Assembly (NCBI GenBank): GCA_963664195.1
Contig: OY760907.1
Location: 2,656,001 to 2,720,000, forward strand
Reading direction: 5' to 3'
DNA length: 64,000 nucleotides
Source: an uncultured candidate division Zixibacteria bacterium
GTDB taxonomy: Bacteria; Zixibacteria; MSB-5A5; GN15; FEB-12
A model generated the notes under the pieces. That model was not told where the DNA came from. It made no database searches and saw only the letters and a program-made list of their open reading frames with translations. Position 1 is the stretch's first letter. Every line of letters begins with the position of its first letter. The position numbers and the translations under genes are program-made. Positions 19,238 to 27,875 of the stretch are shown one piece after another.

Positions 19238-21064
19238 TTGGCTACTTACGCAGAACTCAAGAGAACCCATTCCTGTGGCCAGCTTCGCCAATCCGACGTT
19301 GACACCAGAGTTGTCCTCAACGGTTGGGTCAAAGGCGACCGGCACCTCGGCGGGCTCCTGTTTATAGATATTCGCGACCGCTATGGTGTTACCCAGGTGG
19401 TTATTAATCCGCAGGATTTTGACGAGACTATGCTTGCCGAGGCGGAACGCAGCCGCTCGGAGTTTGTTGTGGCTGTCATCGGCAGAGTTCAGCTGCGTCC
19501 GGAAGGGACGATAAACCCCAGGCTTGACACCGGCGAAATCGAGGTCGTGGCCGAGCAATTCCACATTCTGGCGGAATCAAAAACGCCTCCCTTTGAGATT
19601 GTCGATGACACCAATGCCAAAGACGTCCTGAAGCTGGAGTATCGGTATCTGGACCTGCGTCGAAACCCGCTTCAGGAAGCACTCAAGTTTCGTCACAAAG
19701 CCACGATGATCATTCGCAATTATATGAGCGATGCCGGGTTCCTTGATATAGAGACTCCGTTATTGATCCGGTCCACGCCGGAAGGCGCCCGCGACTACGT
19801 AGTGCCAAGCCGTGTTTATCCGGGCAAGTTTTACGCCCTACCACAGTCGCCTCAGTTGCTCAAGCAGATTCTGATGATCTCCGGGTTCGACAAGTACTTC
19901 CAGCTTGCCCGATGCCTGCGTGATGAAGACCTGCGATCCGACCGCCAGCCGGAACATACTCAGCTCGATATGGAAATGTCCTTTGTGACGCCGGAAGATG
20001 TCTGGGAAGTGATTGAGGGTCTGATGACGAAGCTGTTCAAAGACGTCCTCAAGGTCGATATCGAGACGCCGTTCCCGCGCGTTGACTATCATGAGTGTAT
20101 GACAAGATGGGGCATTGACAAACCGGACCTTCGATTTGGTATGGAAATCATCGATCTTTCCGATGTCGTCCGTGACTGCGAATTCAAGGTATTCTCCGAC
20201 AACGTCAAAAACGGCGGTGTTGTCAAAGGTATCGTCCTTGAGGGCGGCGGATCGTATTCCCGCAAACAAATCGACGAACTGACCAATGTCGCCAAAGACC
20301 ACGGTGCTGGCGGACTGGCGTACATTCTTCGCGCCCAGGCGGGGGATAAGTCGCCGATCCTGAAATTCATCGGTGAATCGATCAAGGACCAGTTGGTGAA
20401 TACCGCCGGTGCCAAACCGGGTGACGCTCTTCTGATTGTTTCCGACCGCTCGTACAAAGCGGAAGAAATCCTGGGGCAGCTTCGCCTGCACCTCGGACGT
20501 CAACACGATTTGATAGACAAAAGCAAGTTTAAGTTCCTCTGGGTGACGGACTTCCCGCTGTTTGATTATAATGCAGATGCCGGTCGGTTCGAGGCGATGC
20601 ACAACATAGTGTCGCATCCCCACGAAGACGACATGAGCATGATAGACGAAGGGCTTTCCTGTGAGCTGCCGGGAACGGATATCAATCATCCGTGGCGGAA
20701 GGCGCGTGCTTCCCAGTACGATCTGGTGATCAACGGTTGGGAAATGGCCTCCGGGGGCCAGCGAATCAATAGGCGCGAGTTGCAGGAGAAAGTGCTGGCA
20801 GTGCTGGGTATCGACGCAGGACGGGCAGATCGGATGTTCGGGTTCCTTCTGCGGGCGCTTGAATACGGTGCACCGCCGCATGCCGGGATCGCTATCGGGA
20901 TTGACCGGCTGGTGTCGTTGATGCTCGGTCGGGACAGTATTCGCGATGTTATCGCGTTCCCGAAAACAGCTAATGCAACTTCGCTCATGGACGCCGCTCC
21001 GTCGTATATTGAGCAGGATCAGCTTGATGAACTGGGATTGCAGACCGTAAAGAAAAAGAAGTGA
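19238..21064 (+). CDS. aspS: Aspartyl-tRNA synthetase (bacterial type, GAD insertion)
   Basis: RTHSCG, YRYLDLRR, STPEGARDY, FYALPQSPQ, RDEDLRSDRQPE, YGAPPHAGIAIGIDR, IRDVIAFPKT. TTG start with a GGAGG RBS. Confidence 0.95.
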   Translation: MATYAELKRTHSCGQLRQSDVDTRVVLNGWVKGDRHLGGLLFIDIRDRYGVTQVVINPQDFDETMLAEAERSRSEFVVAVIGRVQLRPEGTINPRLDTGEIEVVAEQFHILAESKTPPFEIVDDTNAKDVLKLEYRYLDLRRNPLQEALKFRHKATMIIRNYMSDAGFLDIETPLLIRSTPEGARDYVVPSRVYPGKFYALPQSPQLLKQILMISGFDKYFQLARCLRDEDLRSDRQPEHTQLDMEMSFVTPEDVWEVIEGLMTKLFKDVLKVDIETPFPRVDYHECMTRWGIDKPDLRFGMEIIDLSDVVRDCEFKVFSDNVKNGGVVKGIVLEGGGSYSRKQIDELTNVAKDHGAGGLAYILRAQAGDKSPILKFIGESIKDQLVNTAGAKPGDALLIVSDRSYKAEEILGQLRLHLGRQHDLIDKSKFKFLWVTDFPLFDYNADAGRFEAMHNIVSHPHEDDMSMIDEGLSCELPGTDINHPWRKARASQYDLVINGWEMASGGQRINRRELQEKVLAVLGIDAGRADRMFGFLLRALEYGAPPHAGIAIGIDRLVSLMLGRDSIRDVIAFPKTANATSLMDAAPSYIEQDQLDELGLQTVKKKK

Positions 21065-21076
21065 CCCTGGATACCT

Positions 21077-22060
21077 ATGAGTTTGGACTTGGAAGACAAT
21101 AGAGCCGTTAGTTTCGACGTCGAAGGAGTCGACCAGCGCCTGCTGTTCGGTCAGAACGATGTCTTTCTCCGCATGATTGAGGCGCGGCTTCAGGTGACCA
21201 TCGTCGCCCGAGGCGAGAAAGTGCTTATCGAGGGGCCGGTGGAAGATGTCGAGAGAGTGAATCGTGTTCTGCACGATCTGATGACTCGAATCAAAATGGG
21301 GGATGTCATCACCGAGCAGTATCTCAACTACGCCATTTCAATGGTGACTGAGGGAGGTCCCGGCCCGGCAGATATGATTTCCACCGAAGCGCTGCTTACC
21401 AGTGCCCTGAAGAAGACCATCAAGCCGAAAACAGTCGGGCAGACAAAATACGTCGAAGCAGTCGACAAGAACGATATAGTGTTTTCTATCGGCCCCGCCG
21501 GCACGGGGAAGACGTATCTTGCCTGCGCCATGGCTGTTGCCGAACTGAAAGCCAAAAAGGTGAACCGGATCGTGTTCACCAGACCGGCTGTCGAGGCGGG
21601 GGAGTCGCTCGGTTTCCTGCCGGGGGATATCCGCGCCAAGGTGGATCCGTACCTTCGACCCGTCTACGATGCCCTGTACGACATGCTCCAGCCGGACAAG
21701 ATAAGGAACCTGCTGGAAATGGGCATCATAGAGATTGCGCCGCTGGCGTTTATGAGAGGCCGAACGCTCAATGAAGCGTTTGTTGTCCTTGACGAGGCCC
21801 AGAACACCACCAGCGCCCAGATGAAGATGTTTCTGACGAGGATCGGTGAAAGATCCAAGGCGGTTATCACTGGTGACATCACACAAGTCGATTTGCCGGA
21901 GAACCGGAACTCGGGCCTCATCACAGTGCAAAAGATCCTCAAGAGGATATCGGGCATCCAGTTTGTGTACCTGACGGAAAAGGATGTCATACGGCATCGG
22001 TTGGTACAGAAAATTATCAAGGCATACGAATTACACGAATCGCCCCGTGGGAGGAAATAG
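21077..22060 (+). CDS. phoH: PhoH-family ATPase
   Basis: GPAGTGKTYLA, RPAVEAGESLGFLPGD, APLAFMRGRTL, LDEAQN, GDITQVDL. Confidence 0.95.
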   Translation: MSLDLEDNRAVSFDVEGVDQRLLFGQNDVFLRMIEARLQVTIVARGEKVLIEGPVEDVERVNRVLHDLMTRIKMGDVITEQYLNYAISMVTEGGPGPADMISTEALLTSALKKTIKPKTVGQTKYVEAVDKNDIVFSIGPAGTGKTYLACAMAVAELKAKKVNRIVFTRPAVEAGESLGFLPGDIRAKVDPYLRPVYDALYDMLQPDKIRNLLEMGIIEIAPLAFMRGRTLNEAFVVLDEAQNTTSAQMKMFLTRIGERSKAVITGDITQVDLPENRNSGLITVQKILKRISGIQFVYLTEKDVIRHRLVQKIIKAYELHESPRGRK

Positions 22061-22081
22061 CGCGACAGGGAAGGTCGCCAC

Positions 22082-24331
22082 ATGTTTACCCTACTCTTAA
22101 GACTTAAACGCCGGATCAAGAAACTCCTCAAGGTCCAGACAGAAAGCCGGCAAAGCTACGTCCCCTCTGCCCGGTCGCGCACCGTCAAGGTGCTGATTAT
22201 GGTAGTGACCGCCGCTTCCATAGGCGTTTTGTATCCGGGAGACGTGCTCTACGATCCTCTGGACATGCCACATCGAGGAGAATTCGCCCCCGAAGATATC
22301 GTGGCGCCGGTTCAGATTACGTTGTACAAGAGTGACAGTGAAATCGAGGACGAGCGACAGCAGGTACGGCAGTTTACCTCGTATGTCCTCGACGTGGACA
22401 CTGTTGTTGTCGAGCAGTCCATTGCCGGGTTGCATCGATTTGCGAACTTGATCATTCGCCTTCGCCCCGGCGACACCGCAGTGGAAACGTCGCACTTCAA
22501 CAAGTTGGTGGATTCTGTAGCTCAACGATTCCCCATGCTCTCCCGCCGGGCGATCGAGAAGTCCCTTTCGCCGGCATCCAATATTGCGGCTGCGCGGGAT
22601 CGGCTGGAGTTGATTCTTCGAAACCAGATTTACCGGATCGGTGTCATGAACTCCCGCGCGGAACTGCCGGAGTCGCGCAATCGTTCGGTTCTGGTGCGGC
22701 GCGGCGACAGAGAGACCATTTTCCAGCGCGCCCAGATACTGGATATGGACCAGGCGCCGGCTATGCTCCTGACTGCGCTGAACGAGGCTGTCGCCAGTGA
22801 AAAAATAGAAGTAGAGTATTACTACCTGATAGGACGCAATTTCCTCCTGCCCAACCTTCGCGTGAATATGGATGAGTACAACCGTCGGGTGAACGAGGAA
22901 TTGCAGTTGCTCTCCCGCGTCAAAGAGATTGTGGAAGAAGGCGATGTAATCGTCTCGGCGCGTCATAAAGTCACGCAGCGACAGGAAGAAATACTGCAGG
23001 AAATGGCCGGCATTCTGCGTGCCAGGGCCGCCGGGAAGGGTTGGCTAACTGCCCTCATACCGGCCTTGGCGAGAATCGTCCTTGTGCTCGCCGCTTTTGT
23101 TGCGCTCCTATTGTTCCTCCGGATATTCCGGCCCGATGTTTATCGCTCAAACCCCAAACTGCTGGCGCTTTTCCTTGTATTTGCGCTACAAGTTTCTCTG
23201 ATCTACGTCATGGGCCTGCTGGGGCTGAAATCGATTTACATTTATCCGGTGGCTCTGCTTCCGGTTCTGGTCACGATTCTTTTTGATGCCGAAGTCGGCG
23301 TATTGAGTACGATTATCCTGGCCCTGCTGCTGGGAATTATGCACCGATTCAGTTTTTCCCTCTCCTTGCTAACGGCTGTTGTCGGTGTCGCCGGATGTTT
23401 GACCTCACGAACCGTGAGAAAACGCTCGCAATTCTATCGCATCTTGTTGTCCGTTGTTCTGGCCTACGTGCTCCTCATATTGTTTGTGGAGAATCTAAAA
23501 CTCAGTCCCAATACGGAAATCGTCAACGAACTGCTGTATGGGATGGTCGGCGGCGCCGTCTCGCTCTTTGTTGTTATGGGCGTCCTGCCGCTGTTTGAAT
23601 CGTTCTTCGGGATGATTACCGACACTACGCTGCTCGAGCTTTCTGATCTGAACCATCCGCTGCTCAAACGACTCGCGATTGAGGCCCCGGGCACTTATCA
23701 TCATTCCATCTCTGTCGGAGGCCTTTGCGAGAAAGCTGCCGAGGCGATAGGTGCCAACTCTCTCCTAGCGAGGGTCGGAGCATACTATCACGATATTGGC
23801 AAGATAGAAATACCGGAGTATTTTGTTGAAAACCAGTTCTCGGTAAAATCTAAACACGATTCGATTACGCCCTCGATGTCTTCGCTGATTCTCTCGTCGC
23901 ACGTGAAAAAGGGGAGACTGCTCGGAGAAGAGGCCGACATTCCTGATGTTGTACTGAATTTTATCGAGGAACACCACGGTACCATGGTACAGACGTTCTT
24001 CTATCATCGGGCCAAAGAACAGGCGGGAGAGGGCGGCGAAGTGAATATCGACAAGTTCCGCTACCCCGGCCCCAAACCACAGATTCGCGAGACCGGCATT
24101 GCTATGCTTGCCGACGCGGTCGAAGCGGCCAGTCGTACGCTGGAAAACCCGAAACCGGCCCGGATCGACAGCCTGATTCAGAAGATCATCAACGATCGTT
24201 TCCAATCTGGCGAACTTGATGAATGTCCGCTGACTCTCCGTGACCTCGCGAAAATCAAAGAAGCATTCGCCCAGGTGCTGGTAGCTGCCTTCCATCATCG
24301 CGTGAAATATCCTGCGGAGCAGCAGGCGTAG
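22082..24331 (+). CDS. 7TM-HD phosphohydrolase (PgpH-like)
   Basis: Extracytoplasmic domain, multi-TM region, LLELSDLNHPLL...APGTYHHS, YYHDIGK, EHHGT, FRYPGPKP, MLADAVEAASR. Confidence 0.9.
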   Translation: MFTLLLRLKRRIKKLLKVQTESRQSYVPSARSRTVKVLIMVVTAASIGVLYPGDVLYDPLDMPHRGEFAPEDIVAPVQITLYKSDSEIEDERQQVRQFTSYVLDVDTVVVEQSIAGLHRFANLIIRLRPGDTAVETSHFNKLVDSVAQRFPMLSRRAIEKSLSPASNIAAARDRLELILRNQIYRIGVMNSRAELPESRNRSVLVRRGDRETIFQRAQILDMDQAPAMLLTALNEAVASEKIEVEYYYLIGRNFLLPNLRVNMDEYNRRVNEELQLLSRVKEIVEEGDVIVSARHKVTQRQEEILQEMAGILRARAAGKGWLTALIPALARIVLVLAAFVALLLFLRIFRPDVYRSNPKLLALFLVFALQVSLIYVMGLLGLKSIYIYPVALLPVLVTILFDAEVGVLSTIILALLLGIMHRFSFSLSLLTAVVGVAGCLTSRTVRKRSQFYRILLSVVLAYVLLILFVENLKLSPNTEIVNELLYGMVGGAVSLFVVMGVLPLFESFFGMITDTTLLELSDLNHPLLKRLAIEAPGTYHHSISVGGLCEKAAEAIGANSLLARVGAYYHDIGKIEIPEYFVENQFSVKSKHDSITPSMSSLILSSHVKKGRLLGEEADIPDVVLNFIEEHHGTMVQTFFYHRAKEQAGEGGEVNIDKFRYPGPKPQIRETGIAMLADAVEAASRTLENPKPARIDSLIQKIINDRFQSGELDECPLTLRDLAKIKEAFAQVLVAAFHHRVKYPAEQQA

Positions 24332-24338
24332 CGGCTTT

Positions 24339-24779
24339 ATGAAACTCGTGATGCACAAGGAAGTCTCCGCCAGGGTGCCGGCCACGGCCATCAACTGCCT
24401 GTTTGATCTGGTTACTGATGACGAGGGAGACCCTGATTGGCCTGGCCAGGTGAATCTCATATTCACGACCGACGCTCAAATCAAGCGGCTCAACCGGGAT
24501 TATCGCTCCAAAGACAAGTCGACTGACGTCCTTTCGTTCAACCTCGATCCCCCCCAGGAGCCGCACGGCGTTTTCGGCGAGATATATATATCCGTGCCCT
24601 ACGCGCGGCGTCAGGCGAGGGGCTACGGCGGCGGCATCTTCGAGGAGTTACTCCGCCTGAGCTGTCATGGTTTCTTGCATTTATTCGGCTACGACCATAT
24701 GAATGACAAAGACGCCCGCACAATGTTTGATAAGCAGGACGCATACCTGCAGCAATTGAGGAAATCGACCCGAAAATGA
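24339..24779 (+). CDS. ybeY: rRNA maturation endoribonuclease YbeY
   Basis: LNRDYR.KDKSTDVLSF, GEIYIS, HGFLHLFGYDH. Confidence 0.93.
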   Translation: MKLVMHKEVSARVPATAINCLFDLVTDDEGDPDWPGQVNLIFTTDAQIKRLNRDYRSKDKSTDVLSFNLDPPQEPHGVFGEIYISVPYARRQARGYGGGIFEELLRLSCHGFLHLFGYDHMNDKDARTMFDKQDAYLQQLRKSTRK

Positions 24780-26053
24780 TACTCCCATTATACCTGCTCA
24801 TCATATTCATCCTGTTTGTTACCGGATACGTTGTCTCGTTGTATGCGCTGGCCGTATACATAGACCCTGATGACATCCGGGAACTGCTTCCCGGTGTGTC
24901 TCGCCGTCGACAGGCCTTGCTGCGCCGCCTGATGGGCGACCCGCGAGCTTTTGTGCAGGTGGCGGCCGTGTACCGGTCGTTCGCACTTATTCTCGTATCG
25001 GTCCTATCGCTTTTCGTGATGGATGTCATGGCCAATCTCGTTGGCGTCCGGTCTACATTGTTGTACCCGGGCGGATTGCTGCTGGTCTGGCTTCTGCAGA
25101 TCATTGTAGTGGACTACCTGCCCCGGCGTTCATCGCGCAAAGCGGTCAACGATAAGATGATCAAGCATCTCTGGTTGATTACGATCATCTATGTCCTCTT
25201 TTATCCCGTAATCCGCCTGTATCGCTCGGCGCTCGGGCGTGTTCGCCTGGAGGACCGGGTGACCGAGGAAGAGAAGGAAGAGATAGTCGAAAGGGCTATC
25301 GAGACGCTCGCCGAACAGGCGGGGATCGGCGAAGCCATTGTCGAGCCACAGGAGAAGGAGATGATTGGCCATATCTTCCTCCTCGACCAGACGGTGGTCA
25401 GGGAGATTATGTCTCCACGTATCGACATAACAGGCATCGAAAAATCAGCCAGTTTTCGCTCGATCCAGGAGTTGGTCCGTACCGATGGGCACTCCAGGTA
25501 TCCGGTGTACGAGGAATCAATCGACAGGATCATAGGCGTGCTCTACGTTAAAGATCTCTTCAGCAGCATGCCCGAGCCGGGCGAAGAGTTTGTCATTGCC
25601 AATTACCTCCGCAAACCGTTTTTTGTGCCGGAGTCGAAGGTTATAGGCGATTTACTCCGTGAATTCAGGTCAAAAAAACTCCATATTGCGATAGTTGTCG
25701 ACGAATACGGGGGAGTAGCGGGCCTGGTCACACTTGAGGACATTCTCGAAGAGATCGTCGGTGAAATCCAGGATGAGCACGACAGCGAAGAAGACGAGTT
25801 TCGTCGCCTGACTGATGGTCGGTATCTTGTCGACGCTGCGCTCCGGATGGAGAAACTCCAGGATTATCTGCAATCGGAGTACGATCACGGTGAAAACGAT
25901 ACGGTCGGGGGGCTGATCTACGATCTGGTCGGCTCTGTTCCGGACGAGGGACAGTGCGTCAGGTGGCACGACGTCGAGTTCGAAGTGGTGCGGGTGGACG
26001 GCCAGCGTATTCTCGCTGTCAAGGTCCGTCGACGCCACACGTCACACAGTTAA
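24776..26053 (+). CDS. Hemolysin/CNNM-family protein (TM, CBS pair, CorC_HlyC)
   Basis: VREIMSPRID, GHSRYPVY, IVVDEYGGVAGLVTLEDILEEIVGEIQDEHD, TVGGLI. Confidence 0.9.
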   Translation: MILPLYLLIIFILFVTGYVVSLYALAVYIDPDDIRELLPGVSRRRQALLRRLMGDPRAFVQVAAVYRSFALILVSVLSLFVMDVMANLVGVRSTLLYPGGLLLVWLLQIIVVDYLPRRSSRKAVNDKMIKHLWLITIIYVLFYPVIRLYRSALGRVRLEDRVTEEEKEEIVERAIETLAEQAGIGEAIVEPQEKEMIGHIFLLDQTVVREIMSPRIDITGIEKSASFRSIQELVRTDGHSRYPVYEESIDRIIGVLYVKDLFSSMPEPGEEFVIANYLRKPFFVPESKVIGDLLREFRSKKLHIAIVVDEYGGVAGLVTLEDILEEIVGEIQDEHDSEEDEFRRLTDGRYLVDAALRMEKLQDYLQSEYDHGENDTVGGLIYDLVGSVPDEGQCVRWHDVEFEVVRVDGQRILAVKVRRRHTSHS

Positions 26054-26144
26054 CCACATCTGTCTATTACCGTCACAACAAAAACTGGTCAATTTTCCAT
26101 TAAGACACCAATTGAATGAAATCGACGTCCGTATATAGCTTAAT

Positions 26145-27257
26145 ATGGACGATATGATGCTGCCTACAGTTGGCATAGTTGAGGCGCCCGGCGCCTGTGG
26201 TGTACGAAGCCGATTCAAGCTGGATCTGTTGCTCGGATTTGTGGGAGGAATCGAGCAATTGGTGCGCCCGGGTCAGACGGTGCTGCTCAAACCCAATCTC
26301 CGCAGGTTGGTCTATGACTCCCACCGCCAGTTGTTTCTGTTTGTGGCCGAGGCCGTTCAGCGGCTTGGCGGACGCGTCGTTATAGGTGATTCACCATGGC
26401 TCAGAAACAATCCGGCGCGACGTTTGTGGGAACAGACCGGGCTTGACAGTATAGCGCGAGAACGCGGTTGGGAATTCGTCAGTTTCGAGAGGTCGATTCT
26501 TGATCGCGTAGGGCTGGGCAAGCGTGTCTACTTCCTGCCGCGGATAGTGCTCGAGGCAGACCATGTGATCAATATCGCCCCTGTTTTGCGCAATCATCGC
26601 ACTCTTCTGGCCGGGGCCATGTTCAACCTCCTCGGCGTAATACCCGGATTCAAGAAGGGACAGTATCCCGTTGAATTTTCCAGATCGGAGCATCTGGACC
26701 AGCTGTTGGTGGATATCTACTCCATAGTCCAACCGAGTTTGACGTTGGCCGACGTCTGTCGGAGGGATGACGCCCGCGGACTGTCCGATCCCGACAACTG
26801 TCGATTCCTGGCCTCAACCGACGGGATCGCCGTGGATTCGGTTGCTGCCGCCCTGACTGGTCTCCGACCGAGAAGTATACGAGCCGTTCACTTGGCCGGC
26901 GAGGCGGGCTTGGGCATAGGATGGTTAGAGGGGATCAACACGGTCGGTGATCGCGTCCAACCGTGGAAGGTTCGCGACCTGGACCCCTTTGGCCCGGGCA
27001 CGCGTTTCCCGTTACCCAAACCGCTCGATCACTTCGTCGACCGTTTTGTCTGGCGGAAGCCCCACGTTGATCCGCGGACCTGTACTCCTTGCGGCAAATG
27101 CGCCGAATCGTGCCCTTCGGGGGCAGTGCTTCTGGAAGGGGGGAAGGTTCCGGAAATGGACGATGGCCTCTGCGTGTCATGCTGGCACTGTCAACGTGCC
27201 TGTCCCGAGTCTGCTATCTCCATTCAGGAAAACTGGTTAACCGGACGCCTGCATTAA
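26145..27257 (+). CDS. DUF362-domain protein with C-terminal 2x[4Fe-4S] ferredoxin
   Basis: GQTVLLKPNL, VIGDSP, LASTDGIAVD; CTPCGKCAESCP and CVSCWHCQRACP. Confidence 0.8.
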   Translation: MDDMMLPTVGIVEAPGACGVRSRFKLDLLLGFVGGIEQLVRPGQTVLLKPNLRRLVYDSHRQLFLFVAEAVQRLGGRVVIGDSPWLRNNPARRLWEQTGLDSIARERGWEFVSFERSILDRVGLGKRVYFLPRIVLEADHVINIAPVLRNHRTLLAGAMFNLLGVIPGFKKGQYPVEFSRSEHLDQLLVDIYSIVQPSLTLADVCRRDDARGLSDPDNCRFLASTDGIAVDSVAAALTGLRPRSIRAVHLAGEAGLGIGWLEGINTVGDRVQPWKVRDLDPFGPGTRFPLPKPLDHFVDRFVWRKPHVDPRTCTPCGKCAESCPSGAVLLEGGKVPEMDDGLCVSCWHCQRACPESAISIQENWLTGRLH

Positions 27258-27293
27258 TTGCGGCGCAGTTGCTGCGTTTTTCTAAGATACTGC

Positions 27294-27322
27294 TTGACAA
27301 TGCGATAGCTATGTGTTATCCT
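27294..27322 (+). promoter_or_regulatory. sigma70-type promoter for the peptide/activator pair
   Basis: TTGACA-17 bp-TATCCT with an extended TGn motif. Confidence 0.65.
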
Positions 27323-27342
27323 GAAAGCGATAAATTATGCGT

Positions 27343-27358
27343 TGGGTCACGCCTTGCA
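27343..27358 (+). promoter_or_regulatory. Possible sigma54 (-24/-12) site
   Basis: TGG-GTCACGCC-TTGCA has correct GG-N10-GC spacing and a perfect -12 box, but the bases after GG deviate from CACG. Confidence 0.3.
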
Positions 27359-27440
27359 TATAGATCCCTGTCATAAACATAATCACCTCGGTCTTTGCAC
27401 TGGGCGGGGTTCGTGTCATGTGTTATAGGAGGAGAAGCCT

Positions 27441-27755
27441 ATGAACGGCAAAAAGTTATCACTAATCATTCTTTTGTTGGCATTCGCTGCCGCGTTTATG
27501 TCCTCGGGGCCGGTGTTTTCCGGTGAACACCCTTGGGATGCGGATGTCACGGAAGAACACTACAACGACGACAAGGACGATTGGTACGATCCTCCGGTTT
27601 TCAATCCAGATCGTGATTCGGTCAAAGGCGATTCTTCGTCAACTGACACTTGTTTCAGTGGTGGCAGTGACGATTTGGATATGTCGAGTGCCAGTGCGGT
27701 CGACTGGGGTAGTATTGCCATACAGTTTGTCAATTGGCTTCTGCTCGAGTTGTAA
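27441..27755 (+). CDS. Small secreted acidic protein / peptide precursor (104 aa)
   Basis: AGGAGG RBS; Sec signal MNGKK-LSLIILLLAFAAAF-...VFS; predicted mature N-terminus GEHPWD; D/S-rich middle; amphipathic C-terminal tail. Confidence 0.8.
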   Translation: MNGKKLSLIILLLAFAAAFMSSGPVFSGEHPWDADVTEEHYNDDKDDWYDPPVFNPDRDSVKGDSSSTDTCFSGGSDDLDMSSASAVDWGSIAIQFVNWLLLEL

Positions 27756-27780
27756 GTCGTTCTGAAGGACGAGTGTAATG

Positions 27781-27845
27781 ACCGTGCTAACCCGACAAAG
27801 GTTGTCGGGAGTGGAGCACGGTAGGTCGAGTGAAGGAAACTCGAC
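27781..27845 (+). other. Two intergenic stem-loops without a U-tract
   Basis: ACCGTGCT..CCCGACAA-AGG-TTGTCGGG..AGCACGGT (27781-27822) and GTCGAGT-N7-ACTCGAC (27825-27845). Confidence 0.7.
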
Positions 27846-27875
27846 TGATTACTAAAACCAGGAAGAGAAACTCAA

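Noticed and set aside
19838..21274. 478-aa antisense ORF over aspS/phoH
   Set aside because: Shadow ORF of conserved housekeeping genes.
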